A stretch of DNA of 64,000 nt from positions 45,875 to 109,874 of IMG/VR virus record IMGVR_UViG_3300034418_007243; one strand, given 5' to 3'. The stretch's first letter is position 1, and each line of letters opens with the position of its first letter. Shown here in pieces: positions 9,274-20,600 of this stretch. Made by a program: the position numbers and the translations under genes. The stretch is from a virus. A model generated the notes under the pieces. It did no database searches and was not told the DNA's origin. It saw nothing but the letters and a program-made list of their open reading frames with translations.

Positions 9274-12200
9274 ATGGCAACGTATATAAACGGAGTAACA
9301 GATTACATACCACAAATACAACCATTTAGACCTGATTTTAATTTTTATACTCAGGCTATGCGTTTTAAGCAAAGCAAACACGATGCTGCAAGAAGACAAT
9401 TAAGTGATCTTTACGGTTCTTTGCTTAATGCTCCAATGACTAGAGAAGATAATATAGCTGCTAGAGATAAATTCTTTAAAACAATTAAAGAAGATATTAA
9501 TAAGCTTTCAGGTATGGATTTATCATTAGAAGCTAATGTTCAACAAGGACAAATGTTATTTAATCAGCTTACTGATAATACTAACATTGTTAAAGATATG
9601 GTTTGGACAAAACATTTTCAAAATCAAATGGCTAAAGGAAAAGCTCTTAAAGATTGTGCAGATCCTGAGAAATGTGGTGGTTCTTGGTGGGAAGGTGGTG
9701 ATAGCTATATGGCATATAAAATGCAAGAGTTTAAAAATGCTTCTGCAGAAGATGCTATGAAAATGGGTATGGTTGATTATGTATCACAGCAAGATGTTAT
9801 GGGTAAAGCTATGAAGCTTGCTAAAGATGCTGGTTTAAGTATAACAATGGATCAATTACAAGGAGGTTATATAACAACTACTAAAAATGGTCCATTACTT
9901 CAAGGCCCTCTGTCTAATTTATTTACAGGTACTTTAGCAAAAGATGGTAAAATACTAGAGTATTATAAAGCTAAAGCTTATGTAGATAGAAAAAACTTTG
10001 GTATGGCTAATGCTGATAAGTATGGTTCAGTTGAAGCTGCAGAGTCTTTTTATATACAGCAGAATGCTGACATGTTAGAAAAGCTTTACAATACTCAAAC
10101 TCAGACTACTAAAGATGATGCTGCTACAAATAAAAAAATCAAAGAAGAAGTTCTTAATGATGTAAATAAAAATGGAGCTAATCCTAAAAGTACAGTTTGG
10201 TCTGAGTTAGAACAAATGGATCTTGAAGAAAAAGGTTATGAATCTTCTTCTAAAGTATACGAAAACGCAGGTAATGAAACTGCTTTAGCAAAAAGAAACC
10301 TATCAGGTAGAGCACTTGATGGTGCAATGGCTGCTTATTACTTAGGTAATGATATAAATAAAGCTGCACAAACTCTAGCAATGAAAGACTATGAGTTTAA
10401 AATGGAAGCAGATAAATATTCTTTGGAAGCCGTACAACAAAGAAACAGACTTTTACTAGAAGATGTTAAGCAAAAAAATAGGCTTGACATGGAGAAGTTC
10501 AAGTTTGATAATGAAAGATATCTTAAGCAAATGGAGCTTATGGGTCCTGCAGCTCTTAATACACCTTCGGAAACTATTGTAAATGGTTCTACTACAGGAA
10601 GTTTAACTTGGAATGAAGATGGTTACATGGGTTATGATAAGCTAGAAGCAGGAGCTAATCAATTTTCTGAAGATTATCAAAAGATGCAAAATGATTTAAG
10701 TGCTCCTGAAAAAGGAATTCTTTCTATGGCGTATAAAGCTACAGAAAGTGCAGCATCTTTAGGTAATACTCAAGCTAAGTCAGATTATGTTGCAATGACA
10801 ATGGATTACTTAGCAGCTCAAGGAGCAGCTGATCCGCAATCAGGCTTGGATATTAAATCTGTAGGAGTTGATCAAGAAAGTCAAGATCCTTCCAGAGAAA
10901 TGGTTAGTGCTAGAAGACAAGAGTTTAATAATACTTTAGCAAAAATACAATCTGCAAAAAGCTTAGATGAAAAATTTGCTATAGCTAAAAAAGCTGGTGT
11001 AGATATAAATTCTTTATCTGGTTTTGATGCAGATCAAATGTATATGAATACTGTTGAAAAATTTTCTGCAGATAATGCTCAAGGTGAAAATATAAGAAGA
11101 CCTTATATGCGTCAAGTAAACCAAATGGCTATTGCTAATAAAGAAAACATTAAAGCTAAGAGAGAATACTTAGCTAAGATGGATTCTGCATATGCTAATT
11201 TAGCCCTTGGTGTTATCAATAAAGTTAAAGCTGGTAAAGGTGGTTATAGCCAAGAAATGATTGATGCTATGGAAGCTTATATAGATACTGAAACTGGACA
11301 TGCAAAAAGTTATGAAGAGTTTGAGAAAGCTTACATGGCTAAAGGTTATACTAGAGAACAAGCTCAGGCTATTTATAGACAAGATGAAGAGTATGATTAC
11401 AGCACTTCAGGAGCTGGTAGTTATGCTAAATCTATAGGTAGAAATATTTATGAAGCAGCTGAAGGCGCTGCTATACCGGCTGCTGCAGGATGGCTTTCAG
11501 GAACAGCTGCCGCTGCTGTTTCTGCAGCTGGTGGTACTGCTGCTGCAACAGGACCTTTTGGTTGGGGTGCTGCTGCAGTTGCTTTTTTAGCTGCTAATGG
11601 TTTATATAATTTATGGGAAGCTACACTAGGTGATGGTGACTATGGTTTAATAGGATTTGATTTTAAAGGTCCTGGATATTATGAAGGCAATAGAGGAGGT
11701 TATGGAGCAACACCTGAGACAGGTGGTGTAGGTAAAGGTAATCCTGGTTTATTAGATGCTTGGAAAAGAGCTTTTTCAGCACAAGCTGATCCTCCAGGAG
11801 ATTATGGTTGGATGAATATACATGGTTTAGGCCAAAGATCTACTAAAGCAATTAACTATCAAATTGTAGATCCTAAATATACAGGAGCTGCTTCTACTAT
11901 AGGAACATTAGGTATGATGAAAGATGTTTTAAGATCTACTAATGCTAAAGTAACTATGGGTGGCTTTGGTCAAGAAATACCTGAAGAAGTAGATGCTGAA
12001 GCTTTAAAAATACTTGGTATAGCAATGACAGATATGTCAACTAATACAAAAGGAGCTAGTAGACTAACTCCTAATGTTACATATAGTCATATAGCTGGAG
12101 GAAATGATGATTGGGTAGCAATGAATATAAAGTTTAATGATGCTTTCTCAAATAGATTTAAAGGTAATGAAGATAATCCTGGTCCAACAAGAGGTTTACA

Positions 12201-12585
12201 AAATCAACTTAGAGATGAAGGTATAACAATGTATGTACCCAAAGCAGAAGCTAATAATATATTTACTACTAATGCTGAAAGAACTAGTTTAGATATATTA
12301 ATGGATTATAATAATGAAGTAACTATTGATGCTTCTCCTAGATATACAAAAGGTCTTAGAGTAACTAGAGGACCTAATGGTTATTATACTGAAGGTTTAG
12401 CTGCTCAAGGAATAAATCCTGATGGTTCTTTTGACTGGGTAGCTTTTCAAAAAGATTACGGAAATAATGTAGACTTAACAAGTGCTTTTGCTGATGCAAA
12501 TAAGTTAGCTGTTGATATTGATAAAGTAATGCAACTTCAAGAGAAACAGTGGAATCTTGCAAATGGTATAAAAGAAACAAGATAA
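9274..12585 (+). CDS. Putative ejected (cargo) protein with Gly/Ala-rich transmembrane hairpin
   Basis: 1103 aa, mostly helical. Hydrophobic stretch AAIPAAAGWLSGTAAAAVSAAGGTAAATGPFGWGAAAVAFLAANGLY. Lies directly upstream of the giant RNAP cluster. Confidence 0.6.
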   Translation: MATYINGVTDYIPQIQPFRPDFNFYTQAMRFKQSKHDAARRQLSDLYGSLLNAPMTREDNIAARDKFFKTIKEDINKLSGMDLSLEANVQQGQMLFNQLTDNTNIVKDMVWTKHFQNQMAKGKALKDCADPEKCGGSWWEGGDSYMAYKMQEFKNASAEDAMKMGMVDYVSQQDVMGKAMKLAKDAGLSITMDQLQGGYITTTKNGPLLQGPLSNLFTGTLAKDGKILEYYKAKAYVDRKNFGMANADKYGSVEAAESFYIQQNADMLEKLYNTQTQTTKDDAATNKKIKEEVLNDVNKNGANPKSTVWSELEQMDLEEKGYESSSKVYENAGNETALAKRNLSGRALDGAMAAYYLGNDINKAAQTLAMKDYEFKMEADKYSLEAVQQRNRLLLEDVKQKNRLDMEKFKFDNERYLKQMELMGPAALNTPSETIVNGSTTGSLTWNEDGYMGYDKLEAGANQFSEDYQKMQNDLSAPEKGILSMAYKATESAASLGNTQAKSDYVAMTMDYLAAQGAADPQSGLDIKSVGVDQESQDPSREMVSARRQEFNNTLAKIQSAKSLDEKFAIAKKAGVDINSLSGFDADQMYMNTVEKFSADNAQGENIRRPYMRQVNQMAIANKENIKAKREYLAKMDSAYANLALGVINKVKAGKGGYSQEMIDAMEAYIDTETGHAKSYEEFEKAYMAKGYTREQAQAIYRQDEEYDYSTSGAGSYAKSIGRNIYEAAEGAAIPAAAGWLSGTAAAAVSAAGGTAAATGPFGWGAAAVAFLAANGLYNLWEATLGDGDYGLIGFDFKGPGYYEGNRGGYGATPETGGVGKGNPGLLDAWKRAFSAQADPPGDYGWMNIHGLGQRSTKAINYQIVDPKYTGAASTIGTLGMMKDVLRSTNAKVTMGGFGQEIPEEVDAEALKILGIAMTDMSTNTKGASRLTPNVTYSHIAGGNDDWVAMNIKFNDAFSNRFKGNEDNPGPTRGLQNQLRDEGITMYVPKAEANNIFTTNAERTSLDILMDYNNEVTIDASPRYTKGLRVTRGPNGYYTEGLAAQGINPDGSFDWVAFQKDYGNNVDLTSAFADANKLAVDIDKVMQLQEKQWNLANGIKETR

Positions 12586-12588
12586 ACT

Positions 12589-15500
12589 ATGGCTAACGGA
12601 GATCCTACACAAGACATGTCAATAACACCACCTGGCTTAAGTGAAGGTCCTGTGGATTTAAGTGCTGGTGTACCCATGAATACACTACCACAAAATTTAG
12701 AAGCCCCTAGAGTTGAAGATTATTACCCTGATAGATTTAAACAAGATCCTATTGCATCATTGCCTCCAACTCCAGAAAAGGTAAATGCTTTAATTGATAA
12801 TTTTGTTTATAATACAGAAGCTAAAGAAAATCCTTTAAAAGCTACTAGTGTTTTAGGAAACTTTCATACTTCTGATTATGGACAAAATCAATTTATGGAT
12901 AGATACTATAACCATAATAAATTTAGTGAGTTAGGTTTTAGTCCTTTTTTAGATAATGAAACTAGATATAATGAAGCTTCTTCTGGTTGGGATGAATTTG
13001 AAAGAGCTTTTGGGCAATGGACAAATTTATCAGGAGTAGCTTTTTCTGATGCTATGTCTTTTGGTGATTCTTTAACTGACAGAAAAAATGCAGAGCAGTT
13101 TAAAAGAGTAATGGATATAGGAAGTAGTACAGATACTGGAAAGTTTGCTACTAATTTATTTTTAAACTCTGGTTATACAATGGGTATAATGGCAGAGCTT
13201 ATTGCTGAAGAAGTTGTGTTAGGTGCAACAACTGCAGCTTTAGGTATTTCTTCCCCTATTACAGGTGGTGCAACTGCAGGTGCTGCTGCTGTAACAGCTG
13301 CTACTATGGCAGAAAGAGCAAGAAGAGGTTTTGGTAAAATTACACATGCTTGGGATGCTATGAAAAACGTAGGTAAAACTTTATCAAGTTTTAAAGATGT
13401 TAATAAAGCAAGAGAATATTTTACTTCAGCAGGAAAAGCTACAGGAAGATTCCTTAATCCACTAGAAAATACAGCAAGATTTCTAAAACAAAAAAAATCA
13501 ATAGCTGGTATTCATGAAGGAACAAAGCTTGCTAAACTAAAAACAGCTACTAGCGGTTTTGCAGAATTTTATAAAGATGTAAGAAATGTTAGATTAGCCT
13601 TTGGTGAAGGAGCTTTAGAAGGAGGTATGGTTGAAAATGAAATGATTGATCATTTAACTAAAGACTGGTTAGATAAACATCCTGGTCAAAAGATGAGTGA
13701 TTCTGCTGCTCAAGCTATAAGAAATGCTGCTAGAGATGCTGGTGTAACAACTACTCTTACTAACACACCTGTTATACTTCTAAGTAACAAAATTGTACTA
13801 GACGGTATTTTAAGACCTGGCCAATTTAGCAAAAAAATTATAGGTGAGGTAATAGAAACAGGAGGAAAGAAACTGTTATTTAATCCACGAAAAGGTGTAA
13901 AAGATGTTTATTCTATTTTACCTAAAGGGTTTATAAATAAAACATGGGCTTACGCAAAAGATCCTAGATTAGCTTTAAGCGCTGCAGCTACAGGAGTTAT
14001 AAAATATTCTTCTGCTAACTTTGCTGAAGGTCTTCAAGAAACAGCTCAAGAAATTATATCTGGTACTAATGAAGATTACTATACTGCTCAATATAAAGGT
14101 GATGTAACTAAAGGTGGATATTATTCTTTTGTTGCACAAAATGTTAATAAACAATTCTCTCCTGAAGGATTTGAGATATTTGCTTCAGGATTTTTAATGG
14201 GTGGTATAGCAGGTCCTATATCTAATATTGCTGGTAGAACTATGTCTACAGCTACAGAGTTATTTGATCCTAATAGTGATTTAAGAATTAGAGGTTTTAA
14301 AATTGGAGAAAAAGAAGATGGTACAGGTAAGTATATTACAGGTGGATTTTTAGGTAAAGCTTTAGGTATTGGTACTGGTACACAAGAACAAATATCTGCT
14401 GCTGAAAAATTAGATAGAAAAAGAAAAGATGCTTTAGATGATGTAGTAAATACTTTAAATGAGTTTTATGACATTAATAAAAAACAATATCTAAATCCAG
14501 AGTTAGAAAATTTATTATCTCAAAAACAACTTAATTCTTTGATGCAAAAAGCACAAGAAGAAGGAGATGTTAAAGCATATAATGATTTTAAGGACACATC
14601 AGGATTTAAGCATGTAATAACTGCTTTAAAATATGGTAGATTAGGTACACACATACAGCAGTTAAAAGAACTAAAGAATTTAACAGAAGAAGAAATAAAA
14701 CAGCAATACGGAATATCAAAAACTAAATTTGATGCAAGTATAGATAATGCTGTAGAAAGAGCTGAAAGAATACAATATAGATATGATAAAGCTAAAGAGC
14801 TATTTCCTAATCCTTATAACCCACAAAATTATAGAGGTAACGAAGCATTTCTTATGCTTATAGGAGAAAAAGCTTGGAATGATGCTGTAGAAGAATTTAT
14901 CTTTAATCAAGATAGTTTTGATAATGCTGTTAAAAGAACAGAAAAAATACTAAGTAAAGCTAAAGATAAAGCTAAACTTAAAAATACATCCTTTTCAAAA
15001 TTTGAAGCTTTGTTTTCTTTAAGTAAAACACAAGCAGAAATTAATACTCTAAAACAAGAAATAGAAGCTTTAGAAGAAAGCGGTGTAAAAAAGACAGATC
15101 CTAAATTAAGATCACTTAAAAAACAAAAAGAATATTTAGAAAGGTTTGCTGATGCAATGGAGCAAACAAAAATAGAAAGAGCAGAAAGTAAAACAGAATC
15201 TATTACTCCAAAAACTAAAAAGAAAGCTGAAAGAGCTTTTAAACTTTACGTGAATTTGTTAGCTGTAGAAAGTGGTGACTTTGTTGCTAATGAAGATTTA
15301 ACAGATGTATTTGAAGACTTATTAGATTATGCAGCCTTAAGTGAAAGAAAACAAAAAGCAATGGATGCTGCTAATCTTTTAACAAACCCTCAAGCATTTT
15401 TTGAAAGAGTTGAAAGAAATAAAGAAATTAATTCTAAAATTTTTGCTAATAAAAAAGCTGAAATAAAAGAATCTCTTGAGCAGTATTTGAAAGCAATGGA

Positions 15501-17679
15501 TAAAAATGAAATGCTTCAAGAGCTGCATAAATTAGGAATGTTCTTTTCTTTAGAAGAGCTAGAAAATTTAGAACAACAAATGAAAGATGGTGTTCTTACT
15601 TTAGAAAGCTTTCCTAAAACATTTTATTATACAAATGTAGATACTGTAGAAGATGAAAAGCTTTCAAGTCTTCAAGTACAAAGAAATACAGAGGACTATC
15701 AAAAAGCTATTGCGCTAGTTAAAAAATATTTTCCTCACATAACTGGAATTCCTATAGAGCAAGAAACTATAGTTGATCCTTACTCAGCTTCAGTAAGATT
15801 AAAGCTTAAAGATGATAATAGAACTTTTGAAGATTTAGCAAAACAATTTGGTTTTGAAAATAAAGAAAAGGTTCCTTTAAAAGATGTTTTACAAGCTATT
15901 ATAGATAGCAAATATGCAACAGCTCAAGAAAAACTTTTAGCTTCTCAATTATTAACATTAGCTAGTGATACAGAAACAATTACTTTTGCTACTAATATGG
16001 CTATGCCGGGTGAATATTCTGAAAGTTTACAAACTAGAATAGATCCTAGATATTCAGCAAGTAATTATGCTAAATCAAAGAAAAAATTAAGAACAGAAGA
16101 TTTTGGTGTTTTTGAATATGAAGGAGCAGATTTACCTATAGAAGTTACCATTCTAAGATATGAATTAGAAAGAAGAGTTTTTGAATCTTTAAATACTAAT
16201 ACACAGTTTTCTGAAAATATTAATGAGTTAATGAAACTTGCTGACGCTAGGTTTACAGAAATGGCTAACGCTGATGTAAATAGTGTAAATTTTGCAATAT
16301 TTCCTTTCTTACAAGATAAAGCTGCTTTTATACAAGGAGCAATGACTAGCAGAGATTTTCAAAAATTTTTAGCATCTATTCCTTATAAAAGCACAAAAGA
16401 ACAAAAAAATAGTTGGCAAAAGTTTGTTGACTTTGTTATAGATTCAATTAAACAAACGCTAGGTGGAAAGCCCAATGGTTCTGCTCTTAATGAAGCTCTT
16501 ACTCTTATTACATCTGAGATAGGTATTATAGAAGAAGAAAAAGCTGCTCCTGTTACAGGAGAAACAAAAGCAGAAGAAGCAGTTATTATAGAAGGTCCTA
16601 TTTCTATTACAAATAATCCAAAGAGCATGTGGTCTGAGCATAAAGAATTTATGACTCAGATGGTTAATTTATTTAAACAACAGAGTAAAGAACAAGAAGC
16701 TAAAGGAGAAACACCGCTTGGTAGATTTACAGATAAAAATGGAAATAATTTATCAGATTATGCAATCTTAACAACTACTCAATTTAAAACCTGGTGGAAT
16801 AAAAACTTTAATGCTGCTAAAGATGAGGCTATAAATAACTATAATACTCAATTAAAAGAAGCAGTAGAATTAGAAGAACTTGAAAGTAAACAACAAGAAG
16901 AACCTACTCCTAAATCAGAGCAAAGAAAAAGTAGAAAGGATGATATTAAGACTAGGGAGATGGTAAACAAACTATTAGGATTACGGTTTACAAGACCTCA
17001 GATTGCAGCCATGAGTGTTGATGATGCTATTAAATTTATAGAAGATAACATTCCTTACCCTGAACTAGTAAAAAGAAGAGAAGAAAAAGAAAGATTAGAA
17101 GAATTAAAAGCTAAACAGAAAAAACAAGAAGCTGTACAAAACATTATTGATAAATTTAATAGTGTTACAAGCTTAGATGAATTAACATCAGTGTATGATA
17201 CAATTTTAAATGCTATTGAAGAAAATGATAAAAACATTGTTGAAGCACAAAAAGATGTAAATATAGAACAATTACGTTTAGAAACTCTAAAAAGATTGGC
17301 TGAAGAAGTAAGCTTTGATCAATTAAAAATTGGTAAAGCAATGCGTCTTAAAAAGAATAAAAATGCTTATATTATAGAGGTAAGTGAAGATGGTAAAACA
17401 TATACTGCTCAATATGATGATGGCACTTCCAATACTGTAGAAATTACAGAAGACAATATAAAAGATTTAGTTCAAGCATTTTATAGTGAAGCTTATGAAC
17501 AGACAAATGAAGTTGAATCAGAAATTACTGAAGATGAAGAAAAAGTTTTATCTGAATCTAAAGAAATATTTGATAATTCATCTGAAGGTATAAAAGAAGC
17601 TATGGATTCTGCTAAGAAGCTTGGCAAAGAACAAGCTAGAAAAAACTTTTTAGACGCAATAAATAATAGATGTAAATAA
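12589..17679 (+). CDS. Giant ejected protein 1, with membrane-inserting Gly/Ala segments and a degenerate zincin-like domain
   Basis: 1696 aa. VVLGATTAALGISSPITGGATAGAAAVTAA and EGLQETAQE...FASGFLMGGIAG. The TAA overlaps the next ATG (TAATG). Confidence 0.65.
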   Translation: MANGDPTQDMSITPPGLSEGPVDLSAGVPMNTLPQNLEAPRVEDYYPDRFKQDPIASLPPTPEKVNALIDNFVYNTEAKENPLKATSVLGNFHTSDYGQNQFMDRYYNHNKFSELGFSPFLDNETRYNEASSGWDEFERAFGQWTNLSGVAFSDAMSFGDSLTDRKNAEQFKRVMDIGSSTDTGKFATNLFLNSGYTMGIMAELIAEEVVLGATTAALGISSPITGGATAGAAAVTAATMAERARRGFGKITHAWDAMKNVGKTLSSFKDVNKAREYFTSAGKATGRFLNPLENTARFLKQKKSIAGIHEGTKLAKLKTATSGFAEFYKDVRNVRLAFGEGALEGGMVENEMIDHLTKDWLDKHPGQKMSDSAAQAIRNAARDAGVTTTLTNTPVILLSNKIVLDGILRPGQFSKKIIGEVIETGGKKLLFNPRKGVKDVYSILPKGFINKTWAYAKDPRLALSAAATGVIKYSSANFAEGLQETAQEIISGTNEDYYTAQYKGDVTKGGYYSFVAQNVNKQFSPEGFEIFASGFLMGGIAGPISNIAGRTMSTATELFDPNSDLRIRGFKIGEKEDGTGKYITGGFLGKALGIGTGTQEQISAAEKLDRKRKDALDDVVNTLNEFYDINKKQYLNPELENLLSQKQLNSLMQKAQEEGDVKAYNDFKDTSGFKHVITALKYGRLGTHIQQLKELKNLTEEEIKQQYGISKTKFDASIDNAVERAERIQYRYDKAKELFPNPYNPQNYRGNEAFLMLIGEKAWNDAVEEFIFNQDSFDNAVKRTEKILSKAKDKAKLKNTSFSKFEALFSLSKTQAEINTLKQEIEALEESGVKKTDPKLRSLKKQKEYLERFADAMEQTKIERAESKTESITPKTKKKAERAFKLYVNLLAVESGDFVANEDLTDVFEDLLDYAALSERKQKAMDAANLLTNPQAFFERVERNKEINSKIFANKKAEIKESLEQYLKAMDKNEMLQELHKLGMFFSLEELENLEQQMKDGVLTLESFPKTFYYTNVDTVEDEKLSSLQVQRNTEDYQKAIALVKKYFPHITGIPIEQETIVDPYSASVRLKLKDDNRTFEDLAKQFGFENKEKVPLKDVLQAIIDSKYATAQEKLLASQLLTLASDTETITFATNMAMPGEYSESLQTRIDPRYSASNYAKSKKKLRTEDFGVFEYEGADLPIEVTILRYELERRVFESLNTNTQFSENINELMKLADARFTEMANADVNSVNFAIFPFLQDKAAFIQGAMTSRDFQKFLASIPYKSTKEQKNSWQKFVDFVIDSIKQTLGGKPNGSALNEALTLITSEIGIIEEEKAAPVTGETKAEEAVIIEGPISITNNPKSMWSEHKEFMTQMVNLFKQQSKEQEAKGETPLGRFTDKNGNNLSDYAILTTTQFKTWWNKNFNAAKDEAINNYNTQLKEAVELEELESKQQEEPTPKSEQRKSRKDDIKTREMVNKLLGLRFTRPQIAAMSVDDAIKFIEDNIPYPELVKRREEKERLEELKAKQKKQEAVQNIIDKFNSVTSLDELTSVYDTILNAIEENDKNIVEAQKDVNIEQLRLETLKRLAEEVSFDQLKIGKAMRLKKNKNAYIIEVSEDGKTYTAQYDDGTSNTVEITEDNIKDLVQAFYSEAYEQTNEVESEITEDEEKVLSESKEIFDNSSEGIKEAMDSAKKLGKEQARKNFLDAINNRCK

Positions 17680-20600
17680 TGAGATGTCCACTTAATCCAG
17701 ATATAGATTTACAAGCATTTAGAGTAGCTGTATTTGCAGATATGTATGATATGGCAGAAAGCCCTGAAGCTTTTGATGTTGATCAATACATGCAAGAAAT
17801 GTATGAATTAGTTTTTGAAAACACTAAAGATCCTGCATTAGCTCTAGATTATGCGCGTTTTATACCTGAAACTACTCTTAGTCTTTTAAATACAGATAAA
17901 AAACTTAGTGGCAAATTAATGAATGAGAAAGGTTTAAACCTAAATTCTCTAATGCAAAAAGTTATTGATATAAGTAACTATAATAAAGATCAATTAAAAG
18001 TTCTTAATAATCAGTTAGCTGGTAAAGTATCTTTAAAAGATACAGCAAAAAAAGGAAAAGAAGTTGCAAAGCGTAAAAACCAAGAAAAGAAAAATGAAAA
18101 TCAGTTATCACTATTTGATCCTGAAATAATAGAAGAAGCAGCTAAAGAAGAACCTTTACCTACATTAACACCTTCTTTGTCACCAACACTTGTTGAGGAA
18201 GCAAAAGGTATATTAGATGCACAAGGTTCTGATGAAATGATTTATCCTCTTACAGCTTTTGCAACAAGAAATGTTGATAGACCAACAAAACATTCAAAGT
18301 TTATATCTGCTGTTCAAAAACAATTGCTAAGATTATTTAAAGAAAATAAAACAAATAATATTTTTTTAGCAGCTGTACCTACTAGTGAAATTATAGCAAA
18401 TCTTGAAAATAAAGATAGTGTTTACTATAATTTTTTCAGAAGTATGGATGCTGCAGAACAACAAAGTTTTATAGAAAATGATAATGGTTTAGGTGTTATA
18501 TTAGTTGTAACAGATCAAGCAGGTCTACCTATAACATTTAATGATCAAGGATTGCAGTCTAAAGAAGACTTATCTTCCCCAGCTTTTCTATTTTTAAATA
18601 GTCCAAAGTTTGATACTAAAGGACAAATTAAACTTAGTGAAAATGATATTGCAGCAATTGAAGAAATAAAACAAGTTTACAAAAAACATAATCAACCAGA
18701 GCTTGCAAAAAAAGCTGAACAGTTTTATATAGAACAGCTTAAGTCTATTAATAAAATTAGAGAATATGTTAGAGCTAACCCTAAAGAATCTGTTAAGTTT
18801 ACAATTAACGGAGGATTTTTAGGAGCTTATCAAAAGTCTTCTATAAAAAATAAACAACCTCTTGCTGGTTTAGAAGAGACTATAAATTTACAAAGAGGAA
18901 AGTATAATAGCATGTATTTTACTTCATCAGATTTGGGAGGTAAAACTATAGTGCTTGAAAGACCTACTTTGTCTGAGGCTGATATGTTAGAAGATATACT
19001 TAGTCTTTTAGTGGATGATATAACTTTAAATGGTAAACCTATATCTTCTACTGAGCGTAAGAATTTATTCTTCCAATTTTATTATAGCAAAAAAGAAACA
19101 GTTCAGCTTGCATCAGAAAATGGAAAAGCTGTTTTGTATTTTAAATATAAAGCTATTCAACTTGATCAATTAAATGATCAACAAAAACAAACTTTAAAAG
19201 AAGAACTTAGAAATTATTTTACAGAAATAAATGATAAAGGTTATCCTGAACAACATACTTATTTAAAAAGTTCTCCGCAAAGTGCAAATAAACAAATTAG
19301 TGATATCAGTATTGAAAACGGAGTTCTTACATTAACTAATAAACCCTATGAACAGTTTGTTAAAGAAAAGTTTTATAGCCTATATAAAGTAGAAAATGGA
19401 AGATTTGCTACATCAAATCCATATATCACATTTGAATTAGCACCTGAAAGTGAAGGTCAAGTTTTTTTAGAAAATAAAAAAACACAAGAAGAATTAATAA
19501 ATGAATTATTAACTGTTGCAGAAGAAATTGAAGAAATTCAAAATAGAATAGATGAACGTCTTTCTATAAAAAAAGATACTCAAAAATCAAGCATTAAAGA
19601 ACAAGGAAAGTTGTTTAGAATTTTTGAAAAAGCTTTTTATGAAGGAAATAATAAAAGACATAATGATATATCTAATGAACAACTTCAACAACTATCTCCA
19701 GAAACAAAAGCTTATTTAATAGACTTATATGAAAGAGCAAAACCTTTTAATGAAGAATATCAAAGAATAGGTAAAGTAAGAGATGTTCAAACCAACAAAG
19801 AAATAATAACAGATGAAGATAAAATAAGATATATAACAGCAAATCATTTTGGTGGTTTTGGTAGAGCTGCTAGGTTAGGTTCTGCTGCTGATTATGTGTT
19901 TAGGCAAGACCCTAAGTATAAAGATTTAATCTTTGCTATTCCATCTCAAGATGTTTTAAATAATATAAATAAGGTTTTCAATGCGAAGCTTACAAGTGAA
20001 GAGTTAAATATTGGCAGTGTAAAAGAAGAACAAGTAAAAGAAGAACCTAAAAAACCAACTCCTTCTTATTCATCAAGATTAGCAGATTTTGACACAAAGT
20101 TAGATAAAACACTTAAAGTAAAAGGTTTAGATGTAAAAGCAACAAAACAACAAATAAAAGAAGCTAAAAAGTGGTATGAAAAAAGTGCTATAAGTCAATT
20201 TTTTAAGTTTGAAGAAATTTTTGATATGGTTAATACTGATGATGGTTCAGCTGTAGCAAGATGGACATTAGCAGGTATTACACTTTACAAAGGTTCTGAT
20301 TACTCTGATTTATATCATGAGGCTTGGCATGCTTTTACACAGACATTCATGAATTCTTTACAAAGACAAGAATTATATGAAAAATTAAAAACTAAATCAG
20401 GAACTTTTACAGACCATCTTGGTCAAACAGTAACGTTTAAAGATGCTAGTGATTTACAATTAGAAGAACATCTTGCAGAACAGTTTAGAGAGTATATGCT
20501 GAATCCTTCTAGTAAGAAAATTACTAAAGAAGAAAAGTCTTTATTTAGAAGAGTTTTACAAGCTCTTAGAAAATTATTTGGTGATAGAGAACTTGATTTA

